From: Pseudovirgaria hyperparasitica
Taxonomy: Eukaryota
Assembly (NCBI GenBank): GCA_010093815.1
Contig: ML996584.1
Length of the DNA stretch: 64,000 nucleotides
Strand: one strand, 5' to 3'
Position numbers and translations under genes: made by a program
Shown here: in pieces, positions 1 through 11,951 of the stretch
Layout of the letters: every line of letters begins with the position of its first letter
Numbering within the stretch: the stretch's first letter is position 1
Notes under the pieces: model-generated
Database searches by the model: none
Seen by the model: the letters and a program-made list of their open reading frames with translations, nothing else
Told to the model about the DNA's origin: nothing

Positions 1-2
1 TG

Positions 3-266
3 CAAACAGCTGTCGGGGCAAACCTCCTGGAAGCTCACGAGTGGAGGACTGTAGCTCAATGGGGAGAGAAAAGTCTAGAGATCGGAAGGACTCTACCTCC
101 TGAATGCCGTTCGCAAGCGAGCTTGGTGGCAACTCAGCTATCAATCATGGAGACGCTATTTTATGATCCGCCTGTCGACAACATTGAACGCTTCGCTGGT
201 ATGATCCAGGGTGCAAAGCTTGTGGAGGAGACACAAAACGCTATCCGAGACTTTCTCTTTCGCTAG
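3..266 (+). CDS. 3' end of a gene entering from the left edge; probable paralogue of the adjacent SET-domain gene
   Basis: Frame from nt 3 is open to TAG 264-266 (QTAVGANLLEAHEWRTVAQWGEKSLEIGRTLPPE...DFLFR*). VAQWGEKSLEIGRTLPPE aligns with AVVWGEKFLAISETLHPD in the C-terminus of the 656-1681 protein. Confidence 0.6.
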   Translation, partial: QTAVGANLLEAHEWRTVAQWGEKSLEIGRTLPPECRSQASLVATQLSIMETLFYDPPVDNIERFAGMIQGAKLVEETQNAIRDFLFR

Positions 267-655
267 GAGCAAGCAAATATTACTATCCATGTCGACCACA
301 TAAGCCATACCGCTAAAGGAAAGTATTGGGACCGGACTCAGCATCCGGAAATCAGACTGGTAGCACTTGGCTATCGTGATCGCAGGCCTCAACTCAGGAT
401 ATAGACAAGGGTTCTCAATTTGTGTACACACTATTCCTTTCCAGTCTTCAAGTCCTACCGGATCGAAATGCAACGTGACGTATGTTTTGACCGGTCGAAT
501 CTCGGACTTTGAAGAGTGTTGACTTTACCACAGCCTTGTGTGTTAACTAGGTAACTGATTGTGCTTGTTCTCCTCTGCAGAATTTTTACACGCCATGACA
601 TCCACAGTGAGCTGCTCAAATCTCGGCCCTCCGTCCATCATCCCATCTCGAAGTT

Positions 656-1681
656 ATGGAGTCGTCAAACATGTTCACGGCACTTTTGCCCCCAGGTACG
701 CCATTTGAGATACGAGCCTCGCCGGGCAGAAGACTGGGCGTGTTCGCTACGAAAGATATACCTGCAAAGTCATGTATCTTCCGCGAAGAGGCCTTGTTTG
801 TGATCAAAAGGCCTTTTAACATGATTGGACCAGAAGATGTCGACGCCGCATATCGACAGCTTGACTCTCGTAAACAGGCCCTATTCAAATCCCTGGTTGA
901 ATACGAACGCCATCAAGAGGGGCAGAAACATTTCTTCCCGCAGGTGGAAGCTTTCAAACGCAACCAGTTCGACGTGTCCGGGCAGATGCATGATTACGAC
1001 CAACCTATTCCACATGCTCAAGGGCTCTTCCTGATTTCATCTCGTCTGAATCACTCTTGTATACCGAATGCTGTATTTCCTCGCATCCAGCCCAAGACAG
1101 GACACGGCTATAGGCCGGCAGTGTTGCTAGCTCTCCGGCCCATAGCCATAGGAGAAGAGATCCTTTTCGACTACGATCCTGCACACGCGTACCTGACTGC
1201 CAAGCAACGTCGAGCAGTACCGTACTGGAAATTCACCTGTACATGCGCTGCATGCGATGACAATTATCCGCAAAGAGTTGAGAGCGACATGAGACGTGCC
1301 TTGTTACGCGGTCTGCACTATCTCATCCACCGAAGAGATGTCCCAGAATGTTCGCGCCTGAAGCCACCAGTCCTTCAGAATGCCACCAGCGGACGCCCGG
1401 ATCCGAATACAATTGCCATGTGGCAGGCCATATCTGGATACATTGCTGAAGCAGAGGGACTAGCTATGCTGGCAATCTATTTCTTCTACGAAGCTCTAAA
1501 GATAATGATCAGCGTTTCCGGGAGCACAGCTGCTAGTAACCGAGGTCTCAAGCTCGCGGTTGTATGGGGTGAAAAGTTTCTGGCGATATCTGAAACGCTT
1601 CACCCTGACGCAGTCGAAGGAGTCGGAGCGGTTGAGCAGCTCATGGCTGTGTTCAAATCGATGATCGATGGGAAGACCTAG
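656..1681 (+). CDS. SET-domain protein (SMYD/Set5-like lysine methyltransferase)
   Basis: Intronless 341 aa ORF with SPGRRLGVFAT, SRLNHSCIPNA, GEEILFDY and post-SET FTCTCAAC motifs. Confidence 0.9.
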   Translation: MESSNMFTALLPPGTPFEIRASPGRRLGVFATKDIPAKSCIFREEALFVIKRPFNMIGPEDVDAAYRQLDSRKQALFKSLVEYERHQEGQKHFFPQVEAFKRNQFDVSGQMHDYDQPIPHAQGLFLISSRLNHSCIPNAVFPRIQPKTGHGYRPAVLLALRPIAIGEEILFDYDPAHAYLTAKQRRAVPYWKFTCTCAACDDNYPQRVESDMRRALLRGLHYLIHRRDVPECSRLKPPVLQNATSGRPDPNTIAMWQAISGYIAEAEGLAMLAIYFFYEALKIMISVSGSTAASNRGLKLAVVWGEKFLAISETLHPDAVEGVGAVEQLMAVFKSMIDGKT

Positions 1682-3049
1682 AAAAACTCTGAGAGATTAC
1701 TAGTTGACAGCCGGATACAAATGTTCTACGCAACCGAGAAGTAGGATAGCGCACAAACTATAGCATATGAAGTAGCAGAGTTAGTGTATGTATGTAGATG
1801 CCAGCTTATTGATCTGTTCATACGCACATGTCTTCCAATGTATCGTGTAAAGCGAAAGAACGCCTTGCATACCCCACGAGAAAGGTAGTCATGCTACAGA
1901 TTGGTGTGCCCCTGACCTGTAAAAGATGCAGTGTCTGCTCTCAGGATAGTGCCGCCACTCGCGCCTGACGCTTATAAGAACGTCTTTGCCTCGTGCTTCT
2001 CCCACATTAAGCTACCTCGTCGCTTCTTACTAAAATGGCAAGTCTCGATACATGCGACTTTCTATGTGGCGCAGTCGTGGATAGTGCCAGTCCAGCTTCA
2101 GGCTTAAATGTAGCAAGGACCTTGAGGCATTCGTGAGCCGTGCTATTCTTGCTATCTTGATCGTCGCGGCTACGAGTAGACAAGCTTGTAATGCATACTC
2201 GAGATGTGACTAGACAGCTCAGGAACACTGTGATGCGCTGTTTGGTAACCTAGGAGAAAAGGGGAACCTTGAAGGGTCTAGAAGGCTTTGGTTCATACCT
2301 TACAACTATAGTTTGTCTGGCCATGTATGCTGCTCAGCTTCTCTAGATAGCCTTCTATGACCTTGCGTGATTTGCACGACGGAGAATCACGAGGGAATAT
2401 TTTCGAGCCAGGGGAAGAGATGTCGTTTGAGCCTGGAAAAGCTCCGTTGCTTGGGAATGTTCAGGCTAGCGAGTCATATAAAGTCACTAATTATATAGCC
2501 GTAGTCGTACTTTCAACGCGCAGAGGACCACATGGCATATTTCTCCACGCCATGTCCCTCGCCCCTATCCAGTGCTCCATCAACACACGAACTAGCTCAA
2601 CAGCCACGCCTAGACCCCACAAAACCAGCCACAACCACGCTTCCCACCTAGTCCCGTACCACAAACGCCCTTTCTCGCTAATCTTGCGTGAATGGGGCGA
2701 AGGGCTTAACCTCACTGCCCGTTTGTTCACATACCAGCTGGTGCATTCGAACGCGTCTGGAAAAGCCTAGCTGCTGCGGCACAGTATTCATGTAGGCCCT
2801 TACAACATGGCATGGCGAAGCAAGCCACGTGCGCACCTGAAGGGACAGTAGTGGTATTCTCGAATGCGAAAGTCGATTGTAAGGTGTGATTCCCATACGA
2901 AGCCTCGGGCAATAGAGGGGGCTTGGGCTTAAGAGTGGTATTCTGCCCGCTGGAGTGGGTGGGTAGCGCTTGAGAGCATCCCGTCCCTTCAAGCACCACA
3001 TAGCAGGATTCCTCCCTCTGGATAGTCATCAGTCGCACAAAATATAATC

Positions 3050-3988
3050 ATGGGCTTCTTTTCGAAAACGTCGTCGCAGACCGCCTCGCTGGATGTCAAG
3101 CGCCCGACTCAAGCGCGTAATGACAGCCATCAAGACAGCACGGCGCCACCTGGCTGGTCCGCTCGCAGTGCGGATGGTCGGGTCTACTTCGTCGAGGAGA
3201 AGACAGGCCGTATACAGTTTGACAAAGCGCCAGATTCAAATGGCCAGGTGCATGGCTTACAGGCCGGACAAGCAGAGGGCAATCCACCACAGATGAGATT
3301 TGGCGGTTATCCTGGCGCGAGGGGGAGTGCTGCTGAGTACTACGATACCGGTATCGAGTTTGGTGATGCAAAGCCTAGTGCCAGTAACTTGGGCACCATC
3401 GCCATGACAGGGAAGGAAGGCAAGAAGGAGAAGAAATCGTCGGGATTGATGAGCAAGGTTCTTCTTGCTGGTGCTGCAGGAGCGGCGGGACTTGCTGTTG
3501 GCAAGGCTTTGGCTGGGAAGAAGGATAAGAAGGATAAGAAGGACAAAAAGAACAAGGGTAGGTGTGAGATTTATTTGGCCAGACTGATATGCGCTAATAA
3601 CTCGATTACAGGAAAGAAGGACAAGAAGTATGAAACTGTGGTGGAAGATGACAGTGAGGACGGACTAGACGACGGCGATGAGAATTCGGAAGTCGAAGAG
3701 GAAGACTCGGAGGAAGAGAACGAGGATGAGGAAGTAGATGATACTGAGGATGACGAGGAAGAGGAGGTAGAGGAGGATGATGAGGAAGAAGAAATAGAGG
3801 ATGAAGAAGGAGAGGAAGAAGAAGTAGAGGAAGCTGACGCTGACGCTGACGTTGATGTCGACGAAGCAGAGGAAGAAGACGATGGAGATAATGACGAAGA
3901 AGAAGACGAAGAAGAGGACGAAGAAGAGGACGAAGAAGAGGAAGGGGAGGTCGATGTTGAAGATGAAGACAGCTCAGATAGTGATTGA
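3050..3988 (+). CDS. WW-domain protein with Gly/Ala hydrophobic patch, KKD repeats and long Asp/Glu tail
   Basis: PPGWSARSADGRVYFVEEKTGRIQFDKAP is WW-like, with the second W replaced by F. In-frame 54 nt intron at 3558-3611 (GTAGGT...CTAAT...TACAG). Acidic tail of about 115 aa. Confidence 0.75.
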   Translation: MGFFSKTSSQTASLDVKRPTQARNDSHQDSTAPPGWSARSADGRVYFVEEKTGRIQFDKAPDSNGQVHGLQAGQAEGNPPQMRFGGYPGARGSAAEYYDTGIEFGDAKPSASNLGTIAMTGKEGKKEKKSSGLMSKVLLAGAAGAAGLAVGKALAGKKDKKDKKDKKNKGRCEIYLARLICANNSITGKKDKKYETVVEDDSEDGLDDGDENSEVEEEDSEEENEDEEVDDTEDDEEEEVEEDDEEEEIEDEEGEEEEVEEADADADVDVDEAEEEDDGDNDEEEDEEEDEEEDEEEEGEVDVEDEDSSDSD

Positions 3989-4190
3989 TGTAGTATTCAC
4001 TCGGAACGTTTCCTGTGTCCATGACTCAATATAAGAATCCCTACCTGCGCTCATGACAAGAACACCCTTCATCTCCACTATATTAGATGATAGTGATCTC
4101 TCATTATAGCCACAACCCGACCATGATGCGCCAAGCCCTTTGTTGCATAATATCACATCGAAGAAAAATACAAAGGTTCTCAGAATAACG

Positions 4191-4968
4191 TCATTCGGCA
4201 AGCCTATCAACAGATTAGATTTATACTTCATATTGTTAATTAGCCTTAGGTCAACCCACCTATAGCTAACGATCGTTTCCACTTTGTGATTACTTGTGCT
4301 GAAAGGTCTCAGCTTCACCTTTTCCCCGTTCTTGATTTCTCTCGCGTCACTGTCACCCCACTCGGCCGGAACCTCCGAATCTGCATCGGCGTATACCAGT
4401 ACGTTGAATGTACAATCTGCGTCAAGCATAGGAAGAAAGCTCACAGAGGCAGTGATCTGGCGGAAGAGAGCTTGGATTTCCTGCTGTATCTCCTGGTCTG
4501 TCTTTTCGGGCTCGGCCTCTGCAGTCGCGCTACACAGATATTAACAACGAGATCATATCTTGATGTCTGAAAAGCTTACTCCCCACTGGAATTCTCTTTG
4601 TCCGTACTCTTCTTGGACGATTTCGATTTGGATGATTTCCCGTATATATTTACGTCGAATTGCCATCGCTCAACGTTCTCGCCTGTCTCTTTGCTTGTTA
4701 TGACCACCACTAAACTCGAAATTTTGCTCCCGTACATCCAATCTTTCAATTGAGTCATGATCTTCTTGATATATGCCTTGACCTGATCATCTGCCGACAC
4801 CATCATTGTCAAGCCGTATTTCTTGACCGCTGAGAAGTCCTCCGCGGGGTATACGCCTCGCTGGAACAGTATGGTATTGATTGAATATTCGAAGAACTCG
4901 GAAACGATTTTCGAGGACCCTCGCAGGGCTAATTTGTGAGTCTTGGCTTGTTCTTTTTTCGACGACAT
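4191..4968 (-). CDS. MAD2: Spindle assembly checkpoint HORMA protein Mad2
   Basis: LRGSSKIVSEFFEYSINTILFQRGVYPAEDF, VERWQFD and FSTSNHKVETIVSYR motifs. Exons 4968-4580, 4529-4260 and 4203-4191 with GT-AG introns. Confidence 0.96.
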
Positions 4969-5331
4969 TGCTGTGATTGTCTCGGTCTGCTGAATGCGTG
5001 ATGGAAGCTTCTTGAGCGTCACTATTACTGCTGTGTTTACACCCCTCTTGTTTGAAAATAGCCAGCGCCACCGGTTGATACTCGCGCAATGTGATGTTTC
5101 AGGGAATCGATGACAGCCTAGAGTTTCTAATTGCTGCAGTCTGTTATAGAAAGAGGCGAAGGAGGGTGTAAGTCCTTCTCATGATCATGTCCTGGCCTGA
5201 CAGTATTCACCTCGGCGACGCCCGCTCCCAAGACAAACGCTCCGTGATAAGGAGCTTATCCCGAAATTTCATAGTTCTCATTTGCAGACCGTGCTTCCAA
5301 CGTTGAGAGAGCATTTGCCAATGTCAACCCC

Positions 5332-7344
5332 ATGCCATCATGTTCGGTGCCTGCGTATGGCTTTCTGCGTAGCTCAAGGCTCTTTACGACCGCGGTGAGG
5401 ACCGCGACACTCCTCGAACGAGTCACACACCGGCGAACCTCCATACCTTTCCGATACTTTCGCGACGCGACTCGTCAGTATGCCACGTCGCATAAGGTTC
5501 AATCAGAACTCGAAAAGCGCATTGCAGCGATCCCGATCGAAAGATATCGCAACTTCTGCATTGTAGCACATGTAGACCATGGCAAGAGCACGCTTAGTGA
5601 CCGTCTCCTCGAGCTCACTGGTACCATCAAACCGGGAGAAAACAAGCAGATTCTAGACAAACTGGATGTCGAAAGAGAACGTGGAATTACTGTGAAGGCT
5701 CAAACATGTTCGATGATCTACAATCATGATGGAGAGGATTACCTGTTGCACCTTGTGGACACCCCCGGCCATGTCGACTTCCGTGCTGAAGTATCGAGGA
5801 GTTATGCTAGCTGTGGAGGGGCTCTTCTACTCGTTGATGCAAGTCAAGGAATCCAAGCACAAACCGTTGCGAACTTCTATCTTGCTTTCGCGGAGGGTTT
5901 AACCTTGGTACCGGTTGTCAACAAGATAGACTTGCCATCAGCTGAACCGGAGAGAGCACTGGCACAAATGAAGGACACATTCGAACTAGACCCAGAGAGG
6001 GCAGTACTGGTATCTGCCAAGACTGGAATCAATGTTGAGGCCCTGTTACCTGCTGTCGTGAACCAGATTCCGGCACCCGTAGGCAAGACTGAGAACCATT
6101 TGAAATTCCTCCTGGTAGACTCTTGGTACGACAACTACAGGGGCGTCATTTTGCTTATAAGAGTGTTCGAAGGGGAAGTCAAGCCAGGTGATCACGTGCG
6201 ATCCTTCGCGACAGGTATCAAATACATTGTTGGAGAGGTCGGAATCATGTACCCAGGACAGACTCCTCAGACAGTTTTGCGAGCTGGCCAAGTCGGCTAC
6301 ATATTCTTCAATCCTGGCATGAAGATATCAAAGGAGGCTAAAGTTGGCGACACATTCACACATGTTGGTTGCGAGAAATTGGTGGAGCCACTGCCTGGCT
6401 TCGTTGAGCCTCAATCTATGGTTTTTGTCGCAGCGTTCCCTGTCGACCAAGACAAACATGAGCATTTGGAAGATAGCATCAACCAAATCATGCTTAATGA
6501 TCGCAGTGTGACAATCCAGAAGGAATCTTCCGAAGCTCTCGGAGCCGGTTGGAGATTAGGCTTCCTTGGAACATTACATTGCTCTGTGTTCGAAGATCGA
6601 TTGCGCCAGGAACATGGAGCCTCTATCATCATCACCCCGCCCAGTGTTCCGTTCCAGGTTGTGTGGAAGGATGGGACAACCTCAACGATATCAAATCCCA
6701 ATAATTTCCCGGATGATGAAACAAAGAAACGCCAGGTTGTTGAGCTTCTGGAGCCGTACGTCGCAGCTACCATCACACTGCCAGCAGAATATATTGGCAC
6801 TTGCATTGAGCTTTGCGAATCAAACCGCGGCACCCAAGTAGATGTCAGCTTCTTCACAGCAACCCAAGTCATCTTGAAGTACGACCTTCCTCTGGCATCA
6901 CTCGTTGACGATTTCTTCGGAAAGCTCAAGTCTGCCACAAAAGGATATGCATCACTCGACTACGAAGACGCTGGATACCGCACATCCAACATCACCAAGT
7001 TACAGCTACTCATCAATGGAGACCCGGTAGATGCGGTGTCTCGCGTCCTGCACCACAGTCAGACTGAACGCGTGGGCAGACGCTGGGTGGAAAAGTTCAA
7101 GCAGCACGTTGATCGGCAGATGTTTGAGGTCGTTATCCAGGCGTGCATTGGCAGAAAGGTCGTAGCGCGATCGAGCGTCAAACCCTTCAGAAAAGACGTA
7201 CTGGCGAAACTGCACGCAAGTGACATATCCCGGCGAAAAAAACTCCTTGAGAGGCAGAAAGAAGGACGCAAGAAGCTACGCACGGTTGGAAACGTGGTCA
7301 TCGAGCAGAAAGCATTTCAGGGTTTCCTTGCCAAGGACGCATAA
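5332..7344 (+). CDS. GUF1: Mitochondrial translation factor GUF1 (LepA/EF-4 GTPase)
   Basis: Arg/Ser-rich presequence, [47 protein letters not shown] and the LepA C-terminus [14 protein letters not shown]. Confidence 0.97.
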   Translation: MPSCSVPAYGFLRSSRLFTTAVRTATLLERVTHRRTSIPFRYFRDATRQYATSHKVQSELEKRIAAIPIERYRNFCIVAHVDHGKSTLSDRLLELTGTIKPGENKQILDKLDVERERGITVKAQTCSMIYNHDGEDYLLHLVDTPGHVDFRAEVSRSYASCGGALLLVDASQGIQAQTVANFYLAFAEGLTLVPVVNKIDLPSAEPERALAQMKDTFELDPERAVLVSAKTGINVEALLPAVVNQIPAPVGKTENHLKFLLVDSWYDNYRGVILLIRVFEGEVKPGDHVRSFATGIKYIVGEVGIMYPGQTPQTVLRAGQVGYIFFNPGMKISKEAKVGDTFTHVGCEKLVEPLPGFVEPQSMVFVAAFPVDQDKHEHLEDSINQIMLNDRSVTIQKESSEALGAGWRLGFLGTLHCSVFEDRLRQEHGASIIITPPSVPFQVVWKDGTTSTISNPNNFPDDETKKRQVVELLEPYVAATITLPAEYIGTCIELCESNRGTQVDVSFFTATQVILKYDLPLASLVDDFFGKLKSATKGYASLDYEDAGYRTSNITKLQLLINGDPVDAVSRVLHHSQTERVGRRWVEKFKQHVDRQMFEVVIQACIGRKVVARSSVKPFRKDVLAKLHASDISRRKKLLERQKEGRKKLRTVGNVVIEQKAFQGFLAKDA

Positions 7345-7481
7345 CACCTTGATGGTTATACATGTATATGGTCTTGATTTAATACTGTACACAAATTTTA
7401 GCGGAGTGTTGCTGTATAGATCTGTATATGTCAATGTTGCACTAGTCGATTGTGATGTCCTCGTGTGATCATTACGCTTCC

Positions 7482-7829
7482 TCAGATATTCTTCGGTTTC
7501 GACTCCGGGTATCCACGGTATTTGCCGTCCTCAACCTCATCGACGCCCTTCGCAGCGATGCCGGCATTCTTCGTCACGCCCTCCTGCTCGTTGAACGCGC
7601 CATCGACAGCCTGGTTAAAGTTGCCACGGATCGCTTCGCCGAGACCCTATACCCGTAAGCTGATGTGCTCACTATATCTACTTGCGTGATTTCTACGTAC
7701 ATGAATCTTGGTGGCGCCTTCCTTGATAGCTTGGCCGATGTTACCTCCTGTTTGACTTGCGCCGGTGGAGTGTGTGCCAGGGGCCGAGGCACCCGCGGTT
7801 GTGTTGATGTTGTTGGTGTTCGTTGACAT
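7482..7829 (-). CDS. Small (about 97 aa) hydrophilic Gly/Ala/Asn-rich hypothetical protein, two exons
   Basis: Exon 1 7829-7701 (MSTNTN...GATKIH), intron 7700-7647 (GTACGT...TAG), exon 2 7646-7482 (GLGEAIRGNFNQAVDGAFNEQEGVTKNAGIAAKGVDEVEDGKYRG...*). Splices in frame. Confidence 0.75.
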
Positions 7830-9903
7830 CTTGGTATCACAGATAACTTGCTTGGATATGAGATAATATCGGTGAAGTTTTGGGCCGTGATATGGATGCG
7901 GGATACGTAGGCTCGTACTTGATAACCTCTTTTAGCTCGCATTCTTAAGGTTCTGGAACCCATCGTGTCTGGTGACGGGCACTGACGGCATCAATCATGA
8001 TGACGTCGTTGGTCCTTGCTAACGCCAGCTCCATGCTGCACAGTATTTTGTCGTGCTATGAGTTTAGTGCACATAGTGGAGAACTTGCTCGAAAATATAT
8101 CGCAGAGAATTGCATGAATGCATGTGATACGAGTTATCGTGTGCAACGGCTTTCCGTCGCATCCACCAGATGTGTTGGAGAGAACGATGGTCCGTGCGCC
8201 TGCATGCTTTAGATATCTATCGATGACTTATTAGGGTTATCAACAAGACCTCATTGGTCCTACACTTCACGTCCGAAAGATTTACCTCGCGAGGAGTTTC
8301 CCAGTTGCTATGATGGGTTTCAAGAATGCGATATTGAAGCGGATAGACAACTGAGGCCCACCAAGACATTCAGCACCTCAGAGGTAGAGCGACAAAGCGT
8401 GGAAGCACCTTTCTGCAGCACATTTCAGAGATTACAAGGATTGTCCTTGTAACCGTGAATTCTATGATCATCAGCCAGTCAGGACGCTCTTGTATGCCTT
8501 CAGAACCATCTGAGCTACGCAACGGCCTGGCGAGCCACAATATGGCATTAACACACATCGTTGTAGAGGAAGTGTTATGGAAACCAATATACTTAATAAT
8601 ATATACTTTATACACCTGATTCTATAAGCACAGAAAATATGGTAAATATGTCGAGTATGAACATGGTACCGACACTGTATCAATACTCTCATTGGCAAGA
8701 TAGATCACATGGACGAGAAAGATAACTTTTAGCTTGTCTTTCTGCCCAAATCTAACCTCCAGAATTGCCCTCCACCATTTGTGCCCAACAAATGACACAA
8801 TAATATTGGACATACACCTCAGTTGCCGTCAAGGTCGCCATCAATGATTGGGACGAACTACTTGAAGGCGGAGCATATTTGGGCGATCGGCGCTCGTCCG
8901 ACTGGACAAGCGACGTTCATACTTGCTTTCAACATACTAATACTGGACATCGAGTCATGGGCGACCTGCACGGACATGGATGTGAATAACGAATCTGGAG
9001 TGGCATTTTAGCGGGGACAGGGATCTGTATGCAATTGATGATGATTTGGGCTATCCATGATTGTGATATCCGCATACAGCGTCGCATGGTGGACTGATGC
9101 TTGCGAAGAATGATCGCGCGATATGTGCGTTGAATCTTAATGTTCAACAGGTGTATTCAGGCTGCTTTTTGGTGAAACGGAGAGGACTTTGGCGCAGAGA
9201 GGCGCGCAATACGGCTTTAGAAACTCTTGTAATAACTGAACTCACAGCCTTCCAAAAAACGAATGTTTGAAGGGTTGTCGACTAAATCATCGTACGCTTT
9301 TGGACTGCTCTGGCAGCTTGAGTTCCGTAGAGTGAGCATCCTGGCTAATCCGTCCGGGTTCATGTGCCGGATCTCTATTCCGGACCTCGGTTGATCTCGG
9401 AGGTGACCCGAAGCCATCGAGTCGTCGTGTCCTCAAGCCAGCATCCATCCCAGTCACACAAGAGTTTGCAGAGACGAAGGATTCTCATTTTGCGACCATG
9501 CCCATCCCGTCGCGGCTGCCAAGCTGAGGTCGAGAGGGGTGCCGTTGAACTAGTGTCCCCTGACGGCAGAATTCACAGCAACACAGGATCTCCAAGCATG
9601 TACGATGCTCCGTCAGGTCTGGACCGAAAGATGCGTTTCACTCCATCATTGATCGATATACTCGGCTAACGGTGCCCTATCCGTCATACTTCCATTCAGC
9701 CTGTGGAGGTCTTTCTTCGACTGGGGCGCTATCCGATAGCGACCACGCCGCGCCGTCAATACCCCGCCTTCATGGTCTTCGTGACCTGAAGACGAAAGTT
9801 ATATAGACTGATGAGGGCTCTGGTAATGTAAATGATGGTGTTCTTCATCTTTGACGAGAGCAATTGATACGCTCATCTTTCGGCAATATCACAATACCAC
9901 AAT

Positions 9904-10650
9904 ATGACGGCCAAACCAACCATTATCTTTGTTCCTGGGGCATGGCACTTGGCAAGTGGGTATGACGCAGTTATTGCAGAGCTCAAAGATGCGGAATACG
10001 ATGCGGTGAAGGTAGAGCTCCCGTCTATCGGGGTCGAGCCAGGTCTTCAAACATGGGAGAAGGACGTCGAAAGCGTGCGTTCAGCAATCAGCAAAACCGT
10101 TGAAGCCGGCAAAGATGCAGTACTAGTCGCTCATTCGTATGGTAGTATGCCAGCGAACGAAGCCGTGAAAGGCTTCGAGAAGACGGCTAGACAGGAGCAA
10201 GGAAAGAGTGGCGGAATAATCAGTTATGTATATTGTACTGCCTTTGTGCTACCGGAGGGCCTGTCGCTCATTGATGCACTTGGAGGAAACGATCTCCCCT
10301 GGTGGAAGAAGTCGCAAAATGATACGATTGTCGAACCAATCGATCCGGCTACAATATTTTACAACGACCTAAATGCGGAAGCCCAGAAGAACTGGATTAG
10401 CAAGCTAAAGACTTTCAGCTATCGGATGTTCTATCATAAGTCAACATACGCAGCATGGCGTCACCTACCATCTTGGTATATATACTGTACGCTCGATAAT
10501 GCGATCCCTCATCCAGTACAGCAGAGCATGGTTCAAGGAACAGGTGTCAACTTCCGGAGCGTTACTCTCGAGGCCAGTCACAGTCCCTTTTTAAGCAAGC
10601 CAAAGGAGACAGCGTATGCTATTCGCAATGCTGCTGGTGAGAATGTTTGA
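9904..10650 (+). CDS. Alpha/beta hydrolase (Abhydrolase_6 / methylesterase-like)
   Basis: IFVPGAWH, nucleophile elbow LVAHSYGS, CTLDNAIP and ASHSPFLSKP. Intronless 248 aa. Confidence 0.92.
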   Translation: MTAKPTIIFVPGAWHLASGYDAVIAELKDAEYDAVKVELPSIGVEPGLQTWEKDVESVRSAISKTVEAGKDAVLVAHSYGSMPANEAVKGFEKTARQEQGKSGGIISYVYCTAFVLPEGLSLIDALGGNDLPWWKKSQNDTIVEPIDPATIFYNDLNAEAQKNWISKLKTFSYRMFYHKSTYAAWRHLPSWYIYCTLDNAIPHPVQQSMVQGTGVNFRSVTLEASHSPFLSKPKETAYAIRNAAGENV

Positions 10651-11325
10651 CGATGGTGCGGTTGTGAGAGATGAGATACCCTGGAGGTTGTAAACAGAAA
10701 TCCTTATCTTAGTTTTTACTTTACGGATCCCTAATGGTTGAGCTGAATGTGTTAGACATCTGTTCGTCACTGCAATGAAAATGTCTATACGGGTTCTTAC
10801 GCAGTCCGCACCCATAAGTGATTCAACTTTTACACAACCTGGAAAACCATAAATGAAGAGATGTGGGACTAGGTCGATGCTGCGATTGCGGGGATTTCGA
10901 AGAGTTGACCTTTACAAGTCTAACTCAGAGCAGTTTAGCTTGAGTTAATATCTATAGCACTTAGCGTTGCTCGTTACTTACAAAGAGTGATACTCGATAT
11001 AATAATTTCAATCAGACTTGAGCTTGCAGTAAAAATATTCCACAACTCTCTGATCTTTTGGACATACGCTGGTGAAAGCTGCGTCTTCTCGTCTAGAAGA
11101 ATATAATATGCTCAAGTGCTATTCGTGACGCAGAAAACTGACCAACCTGTCGCTGCAGAGTTCTTGCCCAGGCTAGTTTCTTGTATGCGAAGTCTCGAAA
11201 GCCAGACTCATGGTCTAGTCTACAGTCGCCGGGCAACTGCTCTATATGCTAGTCAAGAGAGTCTAATACTTGCTCTCAGCGGTATCGATATTGATGAAAC
11301 CATCGGCTATCACCCAAAGGCAGCA

Positions 11326-11951
11326 TCATTTTTCGTCATCCACGTTTTCCACCTCCAGGCGTTTCAGAAAGCCCTTCGTGAAACGAACCATCTGTTCGTA
11401 TGCAATCGTGAAGCCATCCTTCCCACCATAATAAGGATCGGCGACTTCTTCGCCCTTCCGCCCACCGAAGTCACCGAATAGCCTAAGCTTTGCGAGCTCC
11501 CCATCCGGATTTCCATCTTTTACTAGCTTGTTGCGCATGCGTTGTAAGAAGTCCAGATTATCGTCGTCCATTGCCATGACGTAATCAAAGGTCTTGAAAT
11601 CACTGGGCTGGAACTTGCGAGCGTGGTGTCTGTACCCAGTGATACCGTTGTCTGCGAGTGTGCTCATGGTTCTCGAGTCTGGATCGTCCCCAACATGGTA
11701 GGCACCTGTTCCGGCGGAGTCGATGTGACTGATAAGGGGATGCTGCGGTCGGGTAGTTTTTGTGAGGTGTTGGAATACACCTTCAGCCATGGGCGAACGA
11801 CCTGGTACACTCTGGAATTAGCTTTTCGTATGGTCTCAAGGAGTTTCAAAGAGCAGAAAGATATGTGGTGGATCATACAGATGTTTCCTAGACAAACAAA
11901 GACCACTGATACCGGCCTCCGGCCTACGCTGTCTGATCCCCTGGGTGCCAT
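11326..11951 (-). CDS. LTP1: Low molecular weight phosphotyrosine protein phosphatase
   Basis: Splicing out intron 11878-11802 restores the P-loop VFVCLGNICRSPMAEG. Also DSAGT, FDYVMAMD and DPYYG. Confidence 0.93.

Noticed and set aside
156..473. 105 aa minus-strand ORF
   Set aside because: Non-ATG start, no motifs, and antisense to the better-supported + strand frame at 3-266.
2357..3038. Several overlapping ORFs upstream of the WW gene
   Set aside because: No recognisable motifs or coherent splice model. The minus-strand candidates start within tens of nt of the WW gene ATG.
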